DNA of 64,000 bases, from positions 1,844 to 65,843 of the forward strand of contig JAYYOR010000021.1 of assembly GCA_036130055.1 (NCBI GenBank), read 5' to 3'. Under the pieces are notes generated by a model. That model was not told the origin of the DNA, searched no databases, and saw only the letters and a list, made by a program, of their open reading frames with translations. A program made the position numbers and the translations under genes. This DNA comes from Pseudomonadota bacterium. Lineage in GTDB: Bacteria; Pseudomonadota; Gammaproteobacteria; Ga0077536. Of this stretch, positions 21,312-32,742 are shown in pieces; position 1 is the first letter of the stretch; every line of letters begins with the position of its first letter.

Positions 21312-22574
21312 TCACAGTCTATAAGTATCGCTCTCTGGAAATGGCAATTCATTATTTTTTAACGCATTTGAAAAAAACTTACGCCACCATTCTACAGCCT
21401 GAAATAGTGACAGCTCCGTTTTGCTTCTTAAAACGAAAAAATTATAGCCAGCTCTTAGGCGATTATTCTGCAACAATCTATAAGCACTTTTGCTTGTGGG
21501 ATTCTCGAAAAAAAATTGAAGTCTCCATATTTCTCTAATTATGTTTGAGATTCGCCGCGGAATGGCTGTTGTTCTTATCTGTCTGGAAATGATTCTCTCA
21601 GTGGCAATTTCAAAAATTTTTGATTCATTTACTATTTCGCACCTTAATTGGCCAATTTCCATCTTTAAACCATTCCAGAGAAACACCGCACATAAGAAAG
21701 CTAAAGTTACTGAATACCCCATTGTTACCCTTTTGTCTGTAGTTTGCAAAGCAACTTTTATTATTTTTAAAGACGATTGATAGTTAGAAAGCTTAGTTCT
21801 ATGCTTATTAAGTACAGGAAATAAATAATGAACCAAATTCAAATCCACCAATTCATTAAATATATCGGAAGCCGAGCCTCTTAAAAATAATTTTTCTAAT
21901 TCATAAAATAATCGCGCAGATGATAAATTGTCTAATAAATAACCGTGCTGACTAAGCTCATCAAAAGTCAAATTTTTTAATTCGAATTTTAATGTTGCAC
22001 TAAATCTAATCGCTCTTAATATTCGCATTGGATCCTCTTGGAATCTATCTGATGCAGGACCAATACAAGAAAGTTTTTTTCTTTTGATATCTTGGAACCC
22101 ACCCAGATAATCGATGACTAGATTCTTTTTTATATCAAAATACAAAGCGTTTACTGTAAAATCACGTCTAAGCACGTCGTCCGAAATGCTCCCGAATTCA
22201 TTATCGCCATTAACAAAATTCTTTTTAACCCGAGATACACGAACTTTCTTGGGGGCTTTCCTGAAAGTGGATACCTCAATCACTTCATTATTAATTTTTA
22301 CATGTACTATTTTAAATCGTTTGCCAATTGGCCTACTTTTCCTCCCAAATATTTTAAGAATATCTCTTGGTTTGGCATCTGTGACGACATCAAAGTCATG
22401 TGGTTCGTTCTTTAAAATCAGATCTCTTACACATCCTCCAACCAAAAAAGCTTCATACCCCGACGATTGGAGTTGTTTTACTACAAAATTCGCGCAGTTG
22501 GATATTTTGCTAATGTCGATTTCGTGACGAGAACTCCCGAAGTATTCGGGAATGTTTTTCTTTCTAATTTCCAT
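21312..22574 (-). CDS. pcnB: Poly(A) polymerase I
   Basis: GGCVRD nucleotidyltransferase motif. Sits in a pcnB-folK-pan arrangement. Confidence 0.9.
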   Translation of the reverse strand: MEIRKKNIPEYFGSSRHEIDISKISNCANFVVKQLQSSGYEAFLVGGCVRDLILKNEPHDFDVVTDAKPRDILKIFGRKSRPIGKRFKIVHVKINNEVIEVSTFRKAPKKVRVSRVKKNFVNGDNEFGSISDDVLRRDFTVNALYFDIKKNLVIDYLGGFQDIKRKKLSCIGPASDRFQEDPMRILRAIRFSATLKFELKNLTFDELSQHGYLLDNLSSARLFYELEKLFLRGSASDIFNELVDLNLVHYLFPVLNKHRTKLSNYQSSLKIIKVALQTTDKRVTMGYSVTLAFLCAVFLWNGLKMEIGQLRCEIVNESKIFEIATERIISRQIRTTAIPRRISNIIREIWRLQFFFENPTSKSAYRLLQNNRLRAGYNFFVLRSKTELSLFQAVEWWRKFFSNALKNNELPFPESDTYRL

Positions 22575-22690
22575 ACCTAAGATTTGATTTTTGATTCTAT
22601 TTATTTTAGCTAATTTGACTATTATAATATTTTAATACGTAATAAGGTTATTTTTTTGATTTTCTTTAATTGTCGGCTTAGGGTCAATTT

Positions 22691-23104
22691 ATGAGATATT
22701 TTTTGAAAATTTGTGGCTCTTTATTTTACGATTTCTTGTCAGTTCTAGTGCTCGTTTACTTTGCCTCTTTTTTACCAGTCGTATTATTGGATAGATCGAT
22801 CGAAGCTGGGAATATCCTGATGCAACTATTTGTCATTATCATAGCTTTGTCATATTTCTTTTACTGCTTTAAAAAAGGCCAAACATTTGGCATGAGTGTT
22901 TGGCGATTAAGGCTTGAGTCAGAAGATGGAAGAAATATTTCAAATGCGCAGATTTTTATTCGAATCTTGACCGCTATATTTTCTTTCATTTTATTTGGGA
23001 TAGGTTATATTTATATCCTTTTTAATAAAGAAGCTCAATCTTTTCATGATATAACCTCAAGAACCCGACTCAAAGAAAAGCCAGTCAAGACCTCAAAAAA
23101 GTAA
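22691..23104 (+). CDS. RDD-family small membrane protein
   Basis: GQTFGM...WRLRL...QSFHDITSRTRL motifs and 3 TM segments. Its 3' end overlaps the convergent lptG-like gene by 20 nt. Confidence 0.7.
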   Translation: MRYFLKICGSLFYDFLSVLVLVYFASFLPVVLLDRSIEAGNILMQLFVIIIALSYFFYCFKKGQTFGMSVWRLRLESEDGRNISNAQIFIRILTAIFSFILFGIGYIYILFNKEAQSFHDITSRTRLKEKPVKTSKK

Positions 23105-24146
23105 ACAAATAAATAAACATCAAAAGCAATATGGAAGGCATCACAGCGATAAAAAAAGGCGGATATGAGAAAACAAGACCGGCCTGATTCAGAATCTTGC
23201 CCAACATAAAATAGCCAAACCCCACACAAATCGCAATGAAAACGTTTTTGCTTCCTGAAAAACGGCTCAAACTGGATTTTACAATCAGATGTGATAAAAC
23301 CAAAAAGCCAAATATATTAAACCAGTAGCCAAATTTTTCAAAAATATTCAAATACAAGTCTTTCGTATTCTGACTTGTTTTTTCTGCTACTTTTAGATAC
23401 TTAAATAAAGAAAAAATACTATCATCCTCTTGTTCATAGACAACCATTTCTATTATCTCTGGCCCAATAGGTAATTGCCTTTCCAAAAATGAGTCATATT
23501 GTCTGAAAGAATATTTTGGTTGGAATGTCCAAAAGCTAGATTCTTCAAAGACCCAAGCCGTTCCATTATGAAACCCAGACTTGGCAGTTAAAATTGACAA
23601 CAGTTCCATATTATCGTCAAATTCGTATAACTCAACACCCTCTACAATATGATCTCCCAACAATGTATCAACCTTGAAAAATACGTTTTGATTTCTAGCC
23701 CAAAAACCCTTTTCAATTAATGTAAAATCCTTTTGTTCTCCTAAAGAAAGCTGAATTTCAGCTTTTAGTTTTTTAGCAATCGGAACGAAAAGCTCTCCGA
23801 TTATAAATGCAAAAACGAGAATGACAACACCGACAAAGATAATTGATATACTTTGATATTTTACTGAAAAGCCTGAAACTTGCATTATTATCATTTGATT
23901 AGTATTCACGAAGTACGATAGCCCCAGAACTGAACCGATTAAAACGGCAAACGGAATAAGGTCATAACAAAGCAAGATAACTTCAAAAAGCCAAAATAAG
24001 GGAATAAGTTTAAAGCCATCCGAACCTTGTACGATTTCGAGCTGAGCCAAAACAGAAAAAATTGAAAATAAAATTATTAAGATCAGCAACACTGATAAAA
24101 TATTTTTTAATAAATGCCAGGAAAGATAGCGCGTTAAAATTGACAT
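23085..24146 (-). CDS. lptG: LptF/LptG-family LPS export permease, closer to LptG
   Basis: YjgP/YjgQ six-TM architecture. IMQVSGFS and a C-terminal YPPFFIAVMPSILLL resemble LptG. Divergent from pepA. No partner permease lies adjacent. Confidence 0.75.
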   Translation of the reverse strand: MSILTRYLSWHLLKNILSVLLILIILFSIFSVLAQLEIVQGSDGFKLIPLFWLFEVILLCYDLIPFAVLIGSVLGLSYFVNTNQMIIMQVSGFSVKYQSISIIFVGVVILVFAFIIGELFVPIAKKLKAEIQLSLGEQKDFTLIEKGFWARNQNVFFKVDTLLGDHIVEGVELYEFDDNMELLSILTAKSGFHNGTAWVFEESSFWTFQPKYSFRQYDSFLERQLPIGPEIIEMVVYEQEDDSIFSLFKYLKVAEKTSQNTKDLYLNIFEKFGYWFNIFGFLVLSHLIVKSSLSRFSGSKNVFIAICVGFGYFMLGKILNQAGLVFSYPPFFIAVMPSILLLMFIYLFTFLRS

Positions 24147-24271
24147 TCTGTTAATATAGTCAAAAATAATAAATAAAAAAATCCAAGGATAACACGCTTA
24201 GGAGCAAGCGGTAACACTAAAAATTTATATTTATACAAAAAAATTAAAGTTTCGAAAAAAATGAGAAAAAT

Positions 24272-25738
24272 ATGAAATTTCATGTAAAAAGTTACGACCT
24301 ACATAAAATTAAGACTGACCTATTAATTTTAATTCTTCCACAACTGAAAGATGCGACTGCTGAGTTTCTGGAGGTTGATAAAGTTTCAGGACAGTTTCTA
24401 AGTAAAATCGCTAAACAAAACAAGATAGATGGAAGATTGGGAAAAAGTATTCTTCTGCACGCTGTCCAAAATATACAAGCTCGCTCAATTCTACTACTAG
24501 GGACGACTAAGACCGGGAAAAGTAATTTTTCTGATTTTAAAAAAACCTTAAAACCAGGGATTGAACAGATTAATAAAATCCAAAAAAAATCTGTGGCCAT
24601 TAGACTACACAGTGATGAATCAGATTCGCAAGAGGAGCTAGAACAAAAGTGTAATTTGATTTTTAGAGAATTCGAGAGGGCAACATACTCATACACTAAT
24701 CAGTTATCCGGAGAGCTTACGATTTTATTGAGCGAAACCATAAGTAGTAATCTTAAGAATATGCTAGCAAAAAGAGGGCTTGCCCTAGCGGCAGGAATAA
24801 GACTTACAAAAAATTTAGCTAACAAGCCTGCCAACTTGTGCACACCAACCGATTTATCGAAGGCAGCAAAAAAAATTAGTGTCGAGCATAAAGCCGTAAA
24901 AGTATCGATAATGAATGAAGCTCAAATGAGAAAACATAAGATGAATACTTTATTATCTGTTGCTGAAGGTACTACTCAACCCGCCAAACTTATAACACTC
25001 CAATATCACAAAGGCAAACAAAATAAAAAACCTATAGTTCTCATAGGAAAAGGAGTTACCTTCGATTCAGGCGGAATTTCTTTAAAACCGAGCGGTGCTA
25101 TGGATGAAATGAAATATGACATGGCAGGAGCAGCCGCAGTTTTAGGCGTTTTTTCAGCCTTGGCCTCAATGGAACTAAAAGCAAATGTGGTGGGTATCAT
25201 TCCAGCGACAGAAAATATGCCAGCCGGAAATGCTACTAAACCAGGAGATGTAATAACTAGCATGTCTGGGAAAACCGTAGAAATACTCAATACAGACGCA
25301 GAAGGCCGCCTTATACTCTGTGATTCAATTACGTATGCACGGAGGTTTAAACCAGAGGCTGTCATAGACATTGCGACCCTAACCGGCGCATGCGTTATTG
25401 CGTTAGGCAATCATGCAACAGGTTTAATGAGCAACAGTGATGAACTCGCAGATAAATTATTGACAAGTGGAGTCACAAGCGACGATAAAGCATGGCAACT
25501 ACCATTGTGGGATGAATATGGCACCCAATTAAAAACAAATTTTGCAGATTTAGCCAACGTAGGAGGTAGGGCCGCAGGAGCAATTACAGCAGGTTACTTT
25601 TTATCAGAATTTGCTCACGGGCTAAAATGGGCGCATTTAGATATTGCTGGCACAGCTTGGAATTCAGGCACAAAAAAATTAGCAACAGGCCGGCCTGTTT
25701 CATTGCTTATAGATTTTATAGTTAATTCTCAGGGTTGA
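24272..25738 (+). CDS. pepA: Leucyl aminopeptidase (cytosol aminopeptidase A)
   Basis: NTDAEGRL and near full-length colinearity with E. coli PepA. Confidence 0.95.
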   Translation: MKFHVKSYDLHKIKTDLLILILPQLKDATAEFLEVDKVSGQFLSKIAKQNKIDGRLGKSILLHAVQNIQARSILLLGTTKTGKSNFSDFKKTLKPGIEQINKIQKKSVAIRLHSDESDSQEELEQKCNLIFREFERATYSYTNQLSGELTILLSETISSNLKNMLAKRGLALAAGIRLTKNLANKPANLCTPTDLSKAAKKISVEHKAVKVSIMNEAQMRKHKMNTLLSVAEGTTQPAKLITLQYHKGKQNKKPIVLIGKGVTFDSGGISLKPSGAMDEMKYDMAGAAAVLGVFSALASMELKANVVGIIPATENMPAGNATKPGDVITSMSGKTVEILNTDAEGRLILCDSITYARRFKPEAVIDIATLTGACVIALGNHATGLMSNSDELADKLLTSGVTSDDKAWQLPLWDEYGTQLKTNFADLANVGGRAAGAITAGYFLSEFAHGLKWAHLDIAGTAWNSGTKKLATGRPVSLLIDFIVNSQG

Positions 25739-26163
25739 TGTTCTCAAAAAAAATTGATTTTTATATATACGAATTGGGAGACTATCAGAGCTACCAAACC
25801 CAGGTTTGCCAAATAGTGGAAGCTGCGTACGAAAAAAAAGAGCAAATACTTTTGCTTTGCGAAAATGAAGAGCGTTGCAAAGAGTTTGATTCTGCAATGT
25901 GGACCTTCAAAGATACGTGTTTCATTCCACATACTATAGTTAATAAAAAGGAAATTGTTACATTAAACGACCAAAAATTAATGGCGAATCATTCAAAAAC
26001 ACTTATCAATATTTCTTACACTTTTCCGAGATCTCTAAGCGAGTTCAATTATATAATTGAAATGAGTGGTTACGATAATGCGAGTCGTCAAAAAGCAAGA
26101 GAAAACTTTAAAAAATATAAAAATATGAAATTTAATATATCTTCGGTTCATATAAAAACGTGA
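25738..26163 (+). CDS. holC: DNA polymerase III chi subunit
   Basis: Chi-subunit-like N-terminus. Sits in the pepA-holC-valS position. ATGA overlap with the pepA stop. Confidence 0.8.
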   Translation: MFSKKIDFYIYELGDYQSYQTQVCQIVEAAYEKKEQILLLCENEERCKEFDSAMWTFKDTCFIPHTIVNKKEIVTLNDQKLMANHSKTLINISYTFPRSLSEFNYIIEMSGYDNASRQKARENFKKYKNMKFNISSVHIKT

Positions 26164-26171
26164 ATAAAGAC

Positions 26172-28940
26172 ATGAAATCGCATTTTGACCCTCAATCTAT
26201 AGAAAAAAAAATTTATCAAGCATGGGAATCTCTTGGGCTATTCCAACCAAAGGGGAACGGAAAGAGTTACTGCATAGTGCTGCCTCCCCCGAATATCACG
26301 GGAAGTTTACATATGGGTCACGCGTTTCAGGACACCCTGATGGACATGTTAATAAGATACAAAAGGCTTCAAGGGTTCAGAACACTTTGGCAAGGAGGAA
26401 CCGACCATGCAGGAATTGCAACACAAATGGTCATTGAAAGGAAGCTAGAGTCAGAAGGAACGAATAAAAACAAGATAGGTAGAGAAGCCTTTTTAGAAAA
26501 AACATGGGAGTGGAAGAAACAATCGGGGGGCACCATATCAAAACAACTTAGAAGGATGGGCGCATCAATTGATTGGTCAAGAGAAAGATTCACTTTAGAC
26601 CCAGACCTTTCCGAGGCAGTAAAGAAGGTTTTTATTGAATTATTTGATGAAGGTATAATATATAGAGGCCAACGTTTGGTTAATTGGGACCCGGTGATTC
26701 AAACAGCAGTCTCCGACCTTGAGGTCAACTCTCACGAGGAAAATGGCAGTTTATGGTTCATTAAGTACGATATTCAAAATAGTTCAGAATCTTTAGTAAT
26801 TGCAACTACCAGACCGGAAACAATGCTTGGGGATACAGCCGTCGCGGTAAATCCAAATGATCCGCGATTTGCTCATCTAATAGGGAAGATAGCCCTTGTG
26901 CCTTTAATTTCTAAACCAATACCTATTATAGGCGATGATTATGTTGATATTGAATTTGGTACTGGGTGCCTCAAGATAACGCCAGCGCACGATTTTAATG
27001 ATTTCGAGTTAGGGAAAAAACATTCTCTCGATTGTGTAAATATTTTTGATAAATCCGGACGCCTGAATGAGAACAATCCGGAGAGATTCAAAGGGCTAGA
27101 TCGATTTATCGCTAGAAAAAAAATTCTTGATGAACTCGAAAAAGAAAATCGTTTAATAAAGAGACAAGACCATCAATTAAAGGTTCCAAGGGGTGACCGA
27201 ACGGGAACTGTAATCGAGCCGTTTCTAACTGATCAATGGTTTGTCTGCGTAGAATCTCTAGCTAAACCTGCAATAGAATGCGTTAAAAAAGGTCAAATAA
27301 AATTTATACCAAAGAGCTGGGAACGCACATATTTCCGATGGATGGAAGAAATAGAGGATTGGTGTATTTCTAGACAACTTTGGTGGGGTCATCAAATACC
27401 CGCCTGGTACGATAAGGAAGGTAACATCTATGTGGGGATGGATGAGGAAGATGCTAGAAAACGATCTGGCGTTAAAAAAAACAATTCGATTCAGTTGACC
27501 CAAGATACAGACGTTTTGGATACATGGTTTTCTTCTGCATTATGGCCATTTACAACTTTAGGGTGGCCAAAGAAATCTAAAGAGCTGGAAGAAATGTATC
27601 CGACCGACGTTCTCGTAACGGGATTTGATATTATTTTTTTCTGGGTAGCCAGAATGATCATGATGGGACTAAAATTCACTAAAAAAGTGCCCTTTAAAGA
27701 GGTATATATACATGGTTTAGTCAGAGACTCAGAGGGAAGTAAGATGTCAAAAAGCAAAGGCAATATTCTTGACCCACTTGACCTCATAGATGGGATTGAT
27801 CTGCAAAATTTAATTGAAAAACGAACCTCTTCACTAATGAAACCAGAAGCGAGTAGTAAAATAGCAGGTGATACAAGAAAGGAGTTTCCTAACGGGATTC
27901 CTCCTTACGGAACGGATGCTCTCCGAATGACTTTTGCGGCAATGGCTACCCAAGGCCGAGATATCCGTTTCGATTTAGGTCGGATTGGCGGCTATAAAAA
28001 TTTTTGCAATAAAATTTGGAACGCAACAAGATTTGTTTGTAGCATTACGAATAAGCACAGTATCAGTCAGCAGCATAGCTGCGACCTCCTTCCAGTGGAA
28101 AAATGGATAGAGCTCGAGTTATCCTCTGTCGAATACGATTATAGCCAACATTTAGATAAATATAGGTTTGATTTAGCAGCAAATGTGATATATGAATTTA
28201 TTTGGGACAAATATTGTGACTGGTACATCGAAATGGTCAAAATATTTCTTTACGAAGAGGAGATTCCTACAAGCAGAAAAGAATCAATTGCTATTAATCT
28301 TGTGAGCAACTTACAAAGAGCACTAGTAACCTTACATCCAATAATGCCTTTCATTACAGAAGAGCTATGGACTATCCTTGAAAAAGAAAGAGGATCACAA
28401 CAAAAATTTAGCGAAATAATAGTAAAACCACCAAGCAAACCAAAAAAAATTAGTCTCGAAGTTGCTAATATCAAAATGCTAATGGCTTTCATATCAGAAG
28501 TCAGAAAATTAAGAACAAGCCTAAGGGCCAAACCAAACCAAAAAATTAACATTTACATTGATAATAATGAAAAAATCAAGTACTTAGGTGAGCTTGACAA
28601 TATTAAAACCATAAAAAAATTGGTCAATGCAGACAAGATAATATTTACTAAACCAAATCAACAGAAAAATACGATAATTTCTGGCCTTTTTAATGAAGAA
28701 TTATTTTTCGTAGAATTAGATAGCACTATAAGCGAAAAAGAGGCACTTTCAAGACTAAATAAAACCAAAATTGAGTTAGAAAACCAATTAGCGCAATCAC
28801 TAAAAAAAACAAGAAATGAAGAATTTTTAAAAAAAGCTCCACCTTCGGTTGTTAAAAAAGAGAAAAACAAACTAAAAGAATTAAATGAAGCCTTAAAGAA
28901 GACACAGGGACAACTAGAAAAAATCCTTAATCGAAATTAG
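26172..28940 (+). CDS. valS: Valyl-tRNA synthetase
   Basis: HMGH and KMSKS motifs plus a C-terminal coiled coil. Confidence 0.95.
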   Translation: MKSHFDPQSIEKKIYQAWESLGLFQPKGNGKSYCIVLPPPNITGSLHMGHAFQDTLMDMLIRYKRLQGFRTLWQGGTDHAGIATQMVIERKLESEGTNKNKIGREAFLEKTWEWKKQSGGTISKQLRRMGASIDWSRERFTLDPDLSEAVKKVFIELFDEGIIYRGQRLVNWDPVIQTAVSDLEVNSHEENGSLWFIKYDIQNSSESLVIATTRPETMLGDTAVAVNPNDPRFAHLIGKIALVPLISKPIPIIGDDYVDIEFGTGCLKITPAHDFNDFELGKKHSLDCVNIFDKSGRLNENNPERFKGLDRFIARKKILDELEKENRLIKRQDHQLKVPRGDRTGTVIEPFLTDQWFVCVESLAKPAIECVKKGQIKFIPKSWERTYFRWMEEIEDWCISRQLWWGHQIPAWYDKEGNIYVGMDEEDARKRSGVKKNNSIQLTQDTDVLDTWFSSALWPFTTLGWPKKSKELEEMYPTDVLVTGFDIIFFWVARMIMMGLKFTKKVPFKEVYIHGLVRDSEGSKMSKSKGNILDPLDLIDGIDLQNLIEKRTSSLMKPEASSKIAGDTRKEFPNGIPPYGTDALRMTFAAMATQGRDIRFDLGRIGGYKNFCNKIWNATRFVCSITNKHSISQQHSCDLLPVEKWIELELSSVEYDYSQHLDKYRFDLAANVIYEFIWDKYCDWYIEMVKIFLYEEEIPTSRKESIAINLVSNLQRALVTLHPIMPFITEELWTILEKERGSQQKFSEIIVKPPSKPKKISLEVANIKMLMAFISEVRKLRTSLRAKPNQKINIYIDNNEKIKYLGELDNIKTIKKLVNADKIIFTKPNQQKNTIISGLFNEELFFVELDSTISEKEALSRLNKTKIELENQLAQSLKKTRNEEFLKKAPPSVVKKEKNKLKELNEALKKTQGQLEKILNRN

Positions 28941-28951
28941 AGAACACTGGT

Positions 28952-29629
28952 ATGTTAAGAAAAATAACAGAAGAAATAAAAAGTATTTTTAAACGAGATC
29001 CGGCGGCTAGAAACACACTCGAAGTTATTCTTTGTTATCCAGGATTTCAAGCCGTTTTAATTTATAGATTTAGTAACATAATATGGAAAGCAAAACTCAA
29101 ACTTGTCGCACGAATCATCGCTAATTTCGGTAGAATAATTACTGGAATTGAGATACATCCGGCCGCAAAAATAGGGAAAAACCTTTTCATAGACCATGGG
29201 ATCGGTGTTGTTATTGGTGAAACCGCGGTGATTGGAGATAATTGTACCCTATATCATGGGGTCACACTTGGTGGAGTAAGCTGGGAGAAAGGCAAGCGCC
29301 ATCCTACTTTGGGTGACGACGTAATAATCGGTGCTGGTGCGAAAGTCCTTGGACCAATTACATTGGGTGATGGTTCTAAAATTGGCTCTAATGCGGTAGT
29401 TCTGCAAGATATACCAAAAAATACGACTGTTGTTGGTATTCCAGCAAGAACCGCAAACAAATATAGTGGCCAAATCATTGAAAATAATAACGAGAACAGC
29501 GATTTTAGACCTTATGGTCAGATTCCAGGTCTTTCAGACCCAATTGATGAAACCATAAGCTCACTACTCACTAAAATAGAATTGCTTGAAAAAGAACTTT
29601 TAGATATTAAATCGATGCATGAAAAGTGA
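28952..29629 (+). CDS. cysE: Serine O-acetyltransferase
   Basis: SATase N-domain plus hexapeptide repeats. Confidence 0.9.
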   Translation: MLRKITEEIKSIFKRDPAARNTLEVILCYPGFQAVLIYRFSNIIWKAKLKLVARIIANFGRIITGIEIHPAAKIGKNLFIDHGIGVVIGETAVIGDNCTLYHGVTLGGVSWEKGKRHPTLGDDVIIGAGAKVLGPITLGDGSKIGSNAVVLQDIPKNTTVVGIPARTANKYSGQIIENNNENSDFRPYGQIPGLSDPIDETISSLLTKIELLEKELLDIKSMHEK

Positions 29630-29658
29630 TCCAATCAGTAGAAATTTTCGCATAACCT

Positions 29659-29683
29659 ATGCCTGACCAATTTAGTCTGTTAT
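29659..29683 (+). promoter_or_regulatory. Candidate IscR type-1 operator, 22 nt upstream of the iscR ATG
   Basis: ATGCCTGACCAATTTAGTCTGTTAT matches the type-1 consensus ATASYYGACTRWWWYAGTCRRSTAT at 21 of 25 positions. A CAGTCA half-site follows at about 29688. Confidence 0.45.
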
Positions 29684-29705
29684 TATTCAGTCATTTGGAG
29701 CAATT

Positions 29706-30155
29706 ATGCGTCTTACCACCAAAGGCAGATATGCTGTTACCGCAGTCTTAGATGTTGCTTTATACGAAAGTGACGGACCCGTGTCTGTTGCGGATATCGC
29801 AAAAAGAAGAGGCCTATCTCTTTCTTATCTTGAAAAGCTTTTTTCTCACTTAAAGAAAAAGGGGTTAGTATGTGGAAGAAAAGGTCCGGGAGGTGGCTAT
29901 ATGTTATCGGAAAGTAGTCATCTGATTACTATTGCAGACATCATAGACGCGGTTGACGAGACTGTTGATGCGACCAAATGCGGAGGGAGCAAGAATTGTA
30001 CGGGTCAAGGAAGGTGCATAACTCACGATCTTTGGGCTAATCTAAGCAACGAGATAAGAGGATTTTTGGAAGGGATATCTATTTTCCAATTAGCTTCAGA
30101 ACAAAAAAATAAATCAGACATAATACACGAAAGAAACGTAAAAAGCTTTATATAG
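29706..30155 (+). CDS. iscR: Rrf2-family Fe-S cluster regulator IscR
   Basis: Rrf2 wHTH N-terminus MRLTTKGRYAV and the three Cys ligands (CGGSKNCTGQGRC). Confidence 0.88.
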   Translation: MRLTTKGRYAVTAVLDVALYESDGPVSVADIAKRRGLSLSYLEKLFSHLKKKGLVCGRKGPGGGYMLSESSHLITIADIIDAVDETVDATKCGGSKNCTGQGRCITHDLWANLSNEIRGFLEGISIFQLASEQKNKSDIIHERNVKSFI

Positions 30156-30164
30156 AAAGATATC

Positions 30165-30512
30165 ATGACAATTCAAATTACAAGCAAAGCCGCCGCGCAC
30201 GCAAAAAAATATTTAGAAAATAACGGTAAAAACAATTTCCTTAGAATAGGAATCACTACAACGGGGTGTTCTGGATATATGTATCAAGTAACGACTTCTG
30301 ACAAAAAAGAAACCAACGACGTTGAATTTTTCTCGAATGGAGTAAAAATTTTGACTACTAAATTAAATTATAAACTTTTAACCGGTCTACTTATAGATTT
30401 TAAAAAAGAAGGAATTAACGAAGGATTTTCTTTTAGAAATCCAAACGCTGATGCAACATGCGGATGTGGAGAAAGTTTCTCACTTAATTCCGATGATAAT
30501 AATAAGGTGTAA
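30165..30512 (+). CDS. sufA: A-type Fe-S cluster carrier (SufA/IscA/ErpA family)
   Basis: C-terminal CGCGESF motif. First gene of the suf cluster. Confidence 0.85.
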   Translation: MTIQITSKAAAHAKKYLENNGKNNFLRIGITTTGCSGYMYQVTTSDKKETNDVEFFSNGVKILTTKLNYKLLTGLLIDFKKEGINEGFSFRNPNADATCGCGESFSLNSDDNNKV

Positions 30513-30518
30513 ACAACG

Positions 30519-31967
30519 ATGAGTGTTGATACAAATGAATTAGACAAAATAACCTCTAGTACCTACAGTGCAGGATTTTATACCAAAGTGGAGAGCGAAA
30601 GCTTACCTCCGGGCCTAGACGAGGATACCATCAGAGCAATTTCAGCAAAGAAAAATGAACCCGACTGGTTGCTCGAATGGCGGCTAAAAGCGTACGAAAA
30701 CTTTTTGCGAATGAAAGAGCCTGAATGGGCAGATGTGAGTTATTCACCGATAAATTTACAGGAAATTTCTTACTATTCGGCGCCAAAATCAGATGACGAT
30801 AGGCCTAAAAGTCTCGATGAAATCGACCCTAAAATCATAGAAACATACGAGAAACTTGGAATCCCTGTAGAAGAGCAAAAAATGCTAGCAGGAGTTGCGG
30901 TAGATATGGTCTTTGACAGCGTCTCAATTCATACCACCTTCAAGAAAAAACTTGCAGAAGCTGGAGTAATATTTTGTTCATTCTCGGAAGCAGTGGAGAA
31001 TCACCCTGAGTTAGTTAAAAAGTATCTAGGAACAGTCATACCAACCAGGGATAACTATTTTGCAGCACTAAATTCAGCTGTCTTCTCGGACGGTTCTTTT
31101 GTTTATATACCGAAAAACACACGTTGCCCGATGGAACTTTCTACTTATTTTCGAATAAACGCTATGAATACTGGTCAGTTCGAGAGAACTTTGGTAATCG
31201 CTGACGAAGGTAGCTACGTCAGCTATTTAGAGGGGTGTACTGCGCCAATGAGAGATGAAAATCAGCTTCATGCCGCAGTTGTTGAGCTAGTTGCACTTCA
31301 AGATTCTGAAATAAAATATTCGACTGTTCAAAACTGGTATCCTGGCGATGAAAACGGAGTCGGAGGTATATTTAATTTTGTCACCAAGCGTGGAGACTGT
31401 AGTGGCGATAACTCGAAAATTTCTTGGACCCAAGTTGAAACAGGTTCAGCTATAACTTGGAAATATCCTAGTTGTGTCTTGAAAGGAAAAAACTCAATAG
31501 GCGAATTTTACTCCGTAGCCTTAACCAACAACAAACAGCAGGCTGACACTGGAACAAAAATGGTCCATATCGGCGAAGGATCAAGTTCCACTATAATTTC
31601 GAAAGGTATATCTGCAGGTAACAGTAAAAACGCGTACCGTGGCTTAGTCAGAATGGCTAGAACGGCAAAGAACGCAAGAAACTTTACACAGTGCGATTCC
31701 TTGTTGTTAGGTAGTAAATGTAGCGCACAAACCTATCCATATATAGAAAACAAAAACAACTCATCAAAAATAGAACATGAAGCATCAACATCAAAAATTA
31801 GTGATGATCAACTTTTTTATCTCAGAAGCAGAGGTATATCTGAAGAAGATGCAATAAATCTAATAGTGAACGGTTTTTGCAAAAAAGTTTTTCAAGAACT
31901 ACCAATGGAATTTGCAGTTGAGGCACAAAAACTCCTTGGAATAAGCCTTGAAGGCGCCATAGGATAA
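30519..31967 (+). CDS. sufB: Fe-S cluster assembly scaffold SufB
   Basis: 482 aa. SufB/SufD fold. Placed between sufA and sufC. Confidence 0.93.
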   Translation: MSVDTNELDKITSSTYSAGFYTKVESESLPPGLDEDTIRAISAKKNEPDWLLEWRLKAYENFLRMKEPEWADVSYSPINLQEISYYSAPKSDDDRPKSLDEIDPKIIETYEKLGIPVEEQKMLAGVAVDMVFDSVSIHTTFKKKLAEAGVIFCSFSEAVENHPELVKKYLGTVIPTRDNYFAALNSAVFSDGSFVYIPKNTRCPMELSTYFRINAMNTGQFERTLVIADEGSYVSYLEGCTAPMRDENQLHAAVVELVALQDSEIKYSTVQNWYPGDENGVGGIFNFVTKRGDCSGDNSKISWTQVETGSAITWKYPSCVLKGKNSIGEFYSVALTNNKQQADTGTKMVHIGEGSSSTIISKGISAGNSKNAYRGLVRMARTAKNARNFTQCDSLLLGSKCSAQTYPYIENKNNSSKIEHEASTSKISDDQLFYLRSRGISEEDAINLIVNGFCKKVFQELPMEFAVEAQKLLGISLEGAIG

Positions 31968-31989
31968 ATGCGATGGATACTAAAAAATA

Positions 31990-32742
31990 ATGCTTTCTAT
32001 AAACAATCTACACGCCTCTGTCGCGAACAATTCTATCTTAAAAGGCCTTGATTTAGAGATCAGAGCTGGAGAGGTGCATGCCATAATGGGACCTAATGGC
32101 TCGGGCAAGAGCACGCTTTCACACGTGATAGCCGGAAAAGATGGTTATTCGATAACAAAGGGTACAGCTAAATTCAATGGGGAATCCATCCTCGACATGT
32201 CTCCCGAAGATAGGGCAAATATAGGCATATTTTTGGCTTTTCAATACCCCGTAGAGATACCCGGAGTTAATAATATCTATATGCTAAGAGAAGCGCTTAA
32301 CAGTAAACTTAGACACGCAGGACGGGATGAATTGTCAGCCGCAGAATTTCTTAAATTTGTTAGAACAAAGGTTGAAGCTTTGGGTCTAAACGACAGTTTG
32401 CTCAACAGACCTGTCAACGATGGCTTCTCCGGGGGAGAGAAAAAAAGAAACGAAATATTTCAGATGAGCGTCTTAGAACCATCGTTAGCAGTACTCGACG
32501 AAACCGATTCCGGACTGGACATTGACGCACTAAAAGTTGTTTCCGATGGAGTAAATTCTCTTCGACAAGATAACCGAGCTTTCGTAATTATAACTCACTA
32601 TCAAAGACTGCTTGATTACATAGTACCTGACTTTGTTCATGTCTTATACGATGGAAGAATTATCAAATCAGGCGATAAAAATCTTGCTAAAGAACTCGAA
32701 GTGAGAGGTTATGATTGGCTAAAAAATAAGAGCGCAAGTTAA
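31990..32742 (+). CDS. sufC: Fe-S cluster assembly ATPase SufC
   Basis: ABC ATPase GPNGSGKST, LSGGEKKR signature. Confidence 0.93.
   Translation: MLSINNLHASVANNSILKGLDLEIRAGEVHAIMGPNGSGKSTLSHVIAGKDGYSITKGTAKFNGESILDMSPEDRANIGIFLAFQYPVEIPGVNNIYMLREALNSKLRHAGRDELSAAEFLKFVRTKVEALGLNDSLLNRPVNDGFSGGEKKRNEIFQMSVLEPSLAVLDETDSGLDIDALKVVSDGVNSLRQDNRAFVIITHYQRLLDYIVPDFVHVLYDGRIIKSGDKNLAKELEVRGYDWLKNKSAS

Noticed and set aside
29684-29700. Possible second IscR half-site, CAGTCA, after the main box.
   Set aside because: Only a half-site. It is too degenerate to call independently and is noted only within the main IscR finding.
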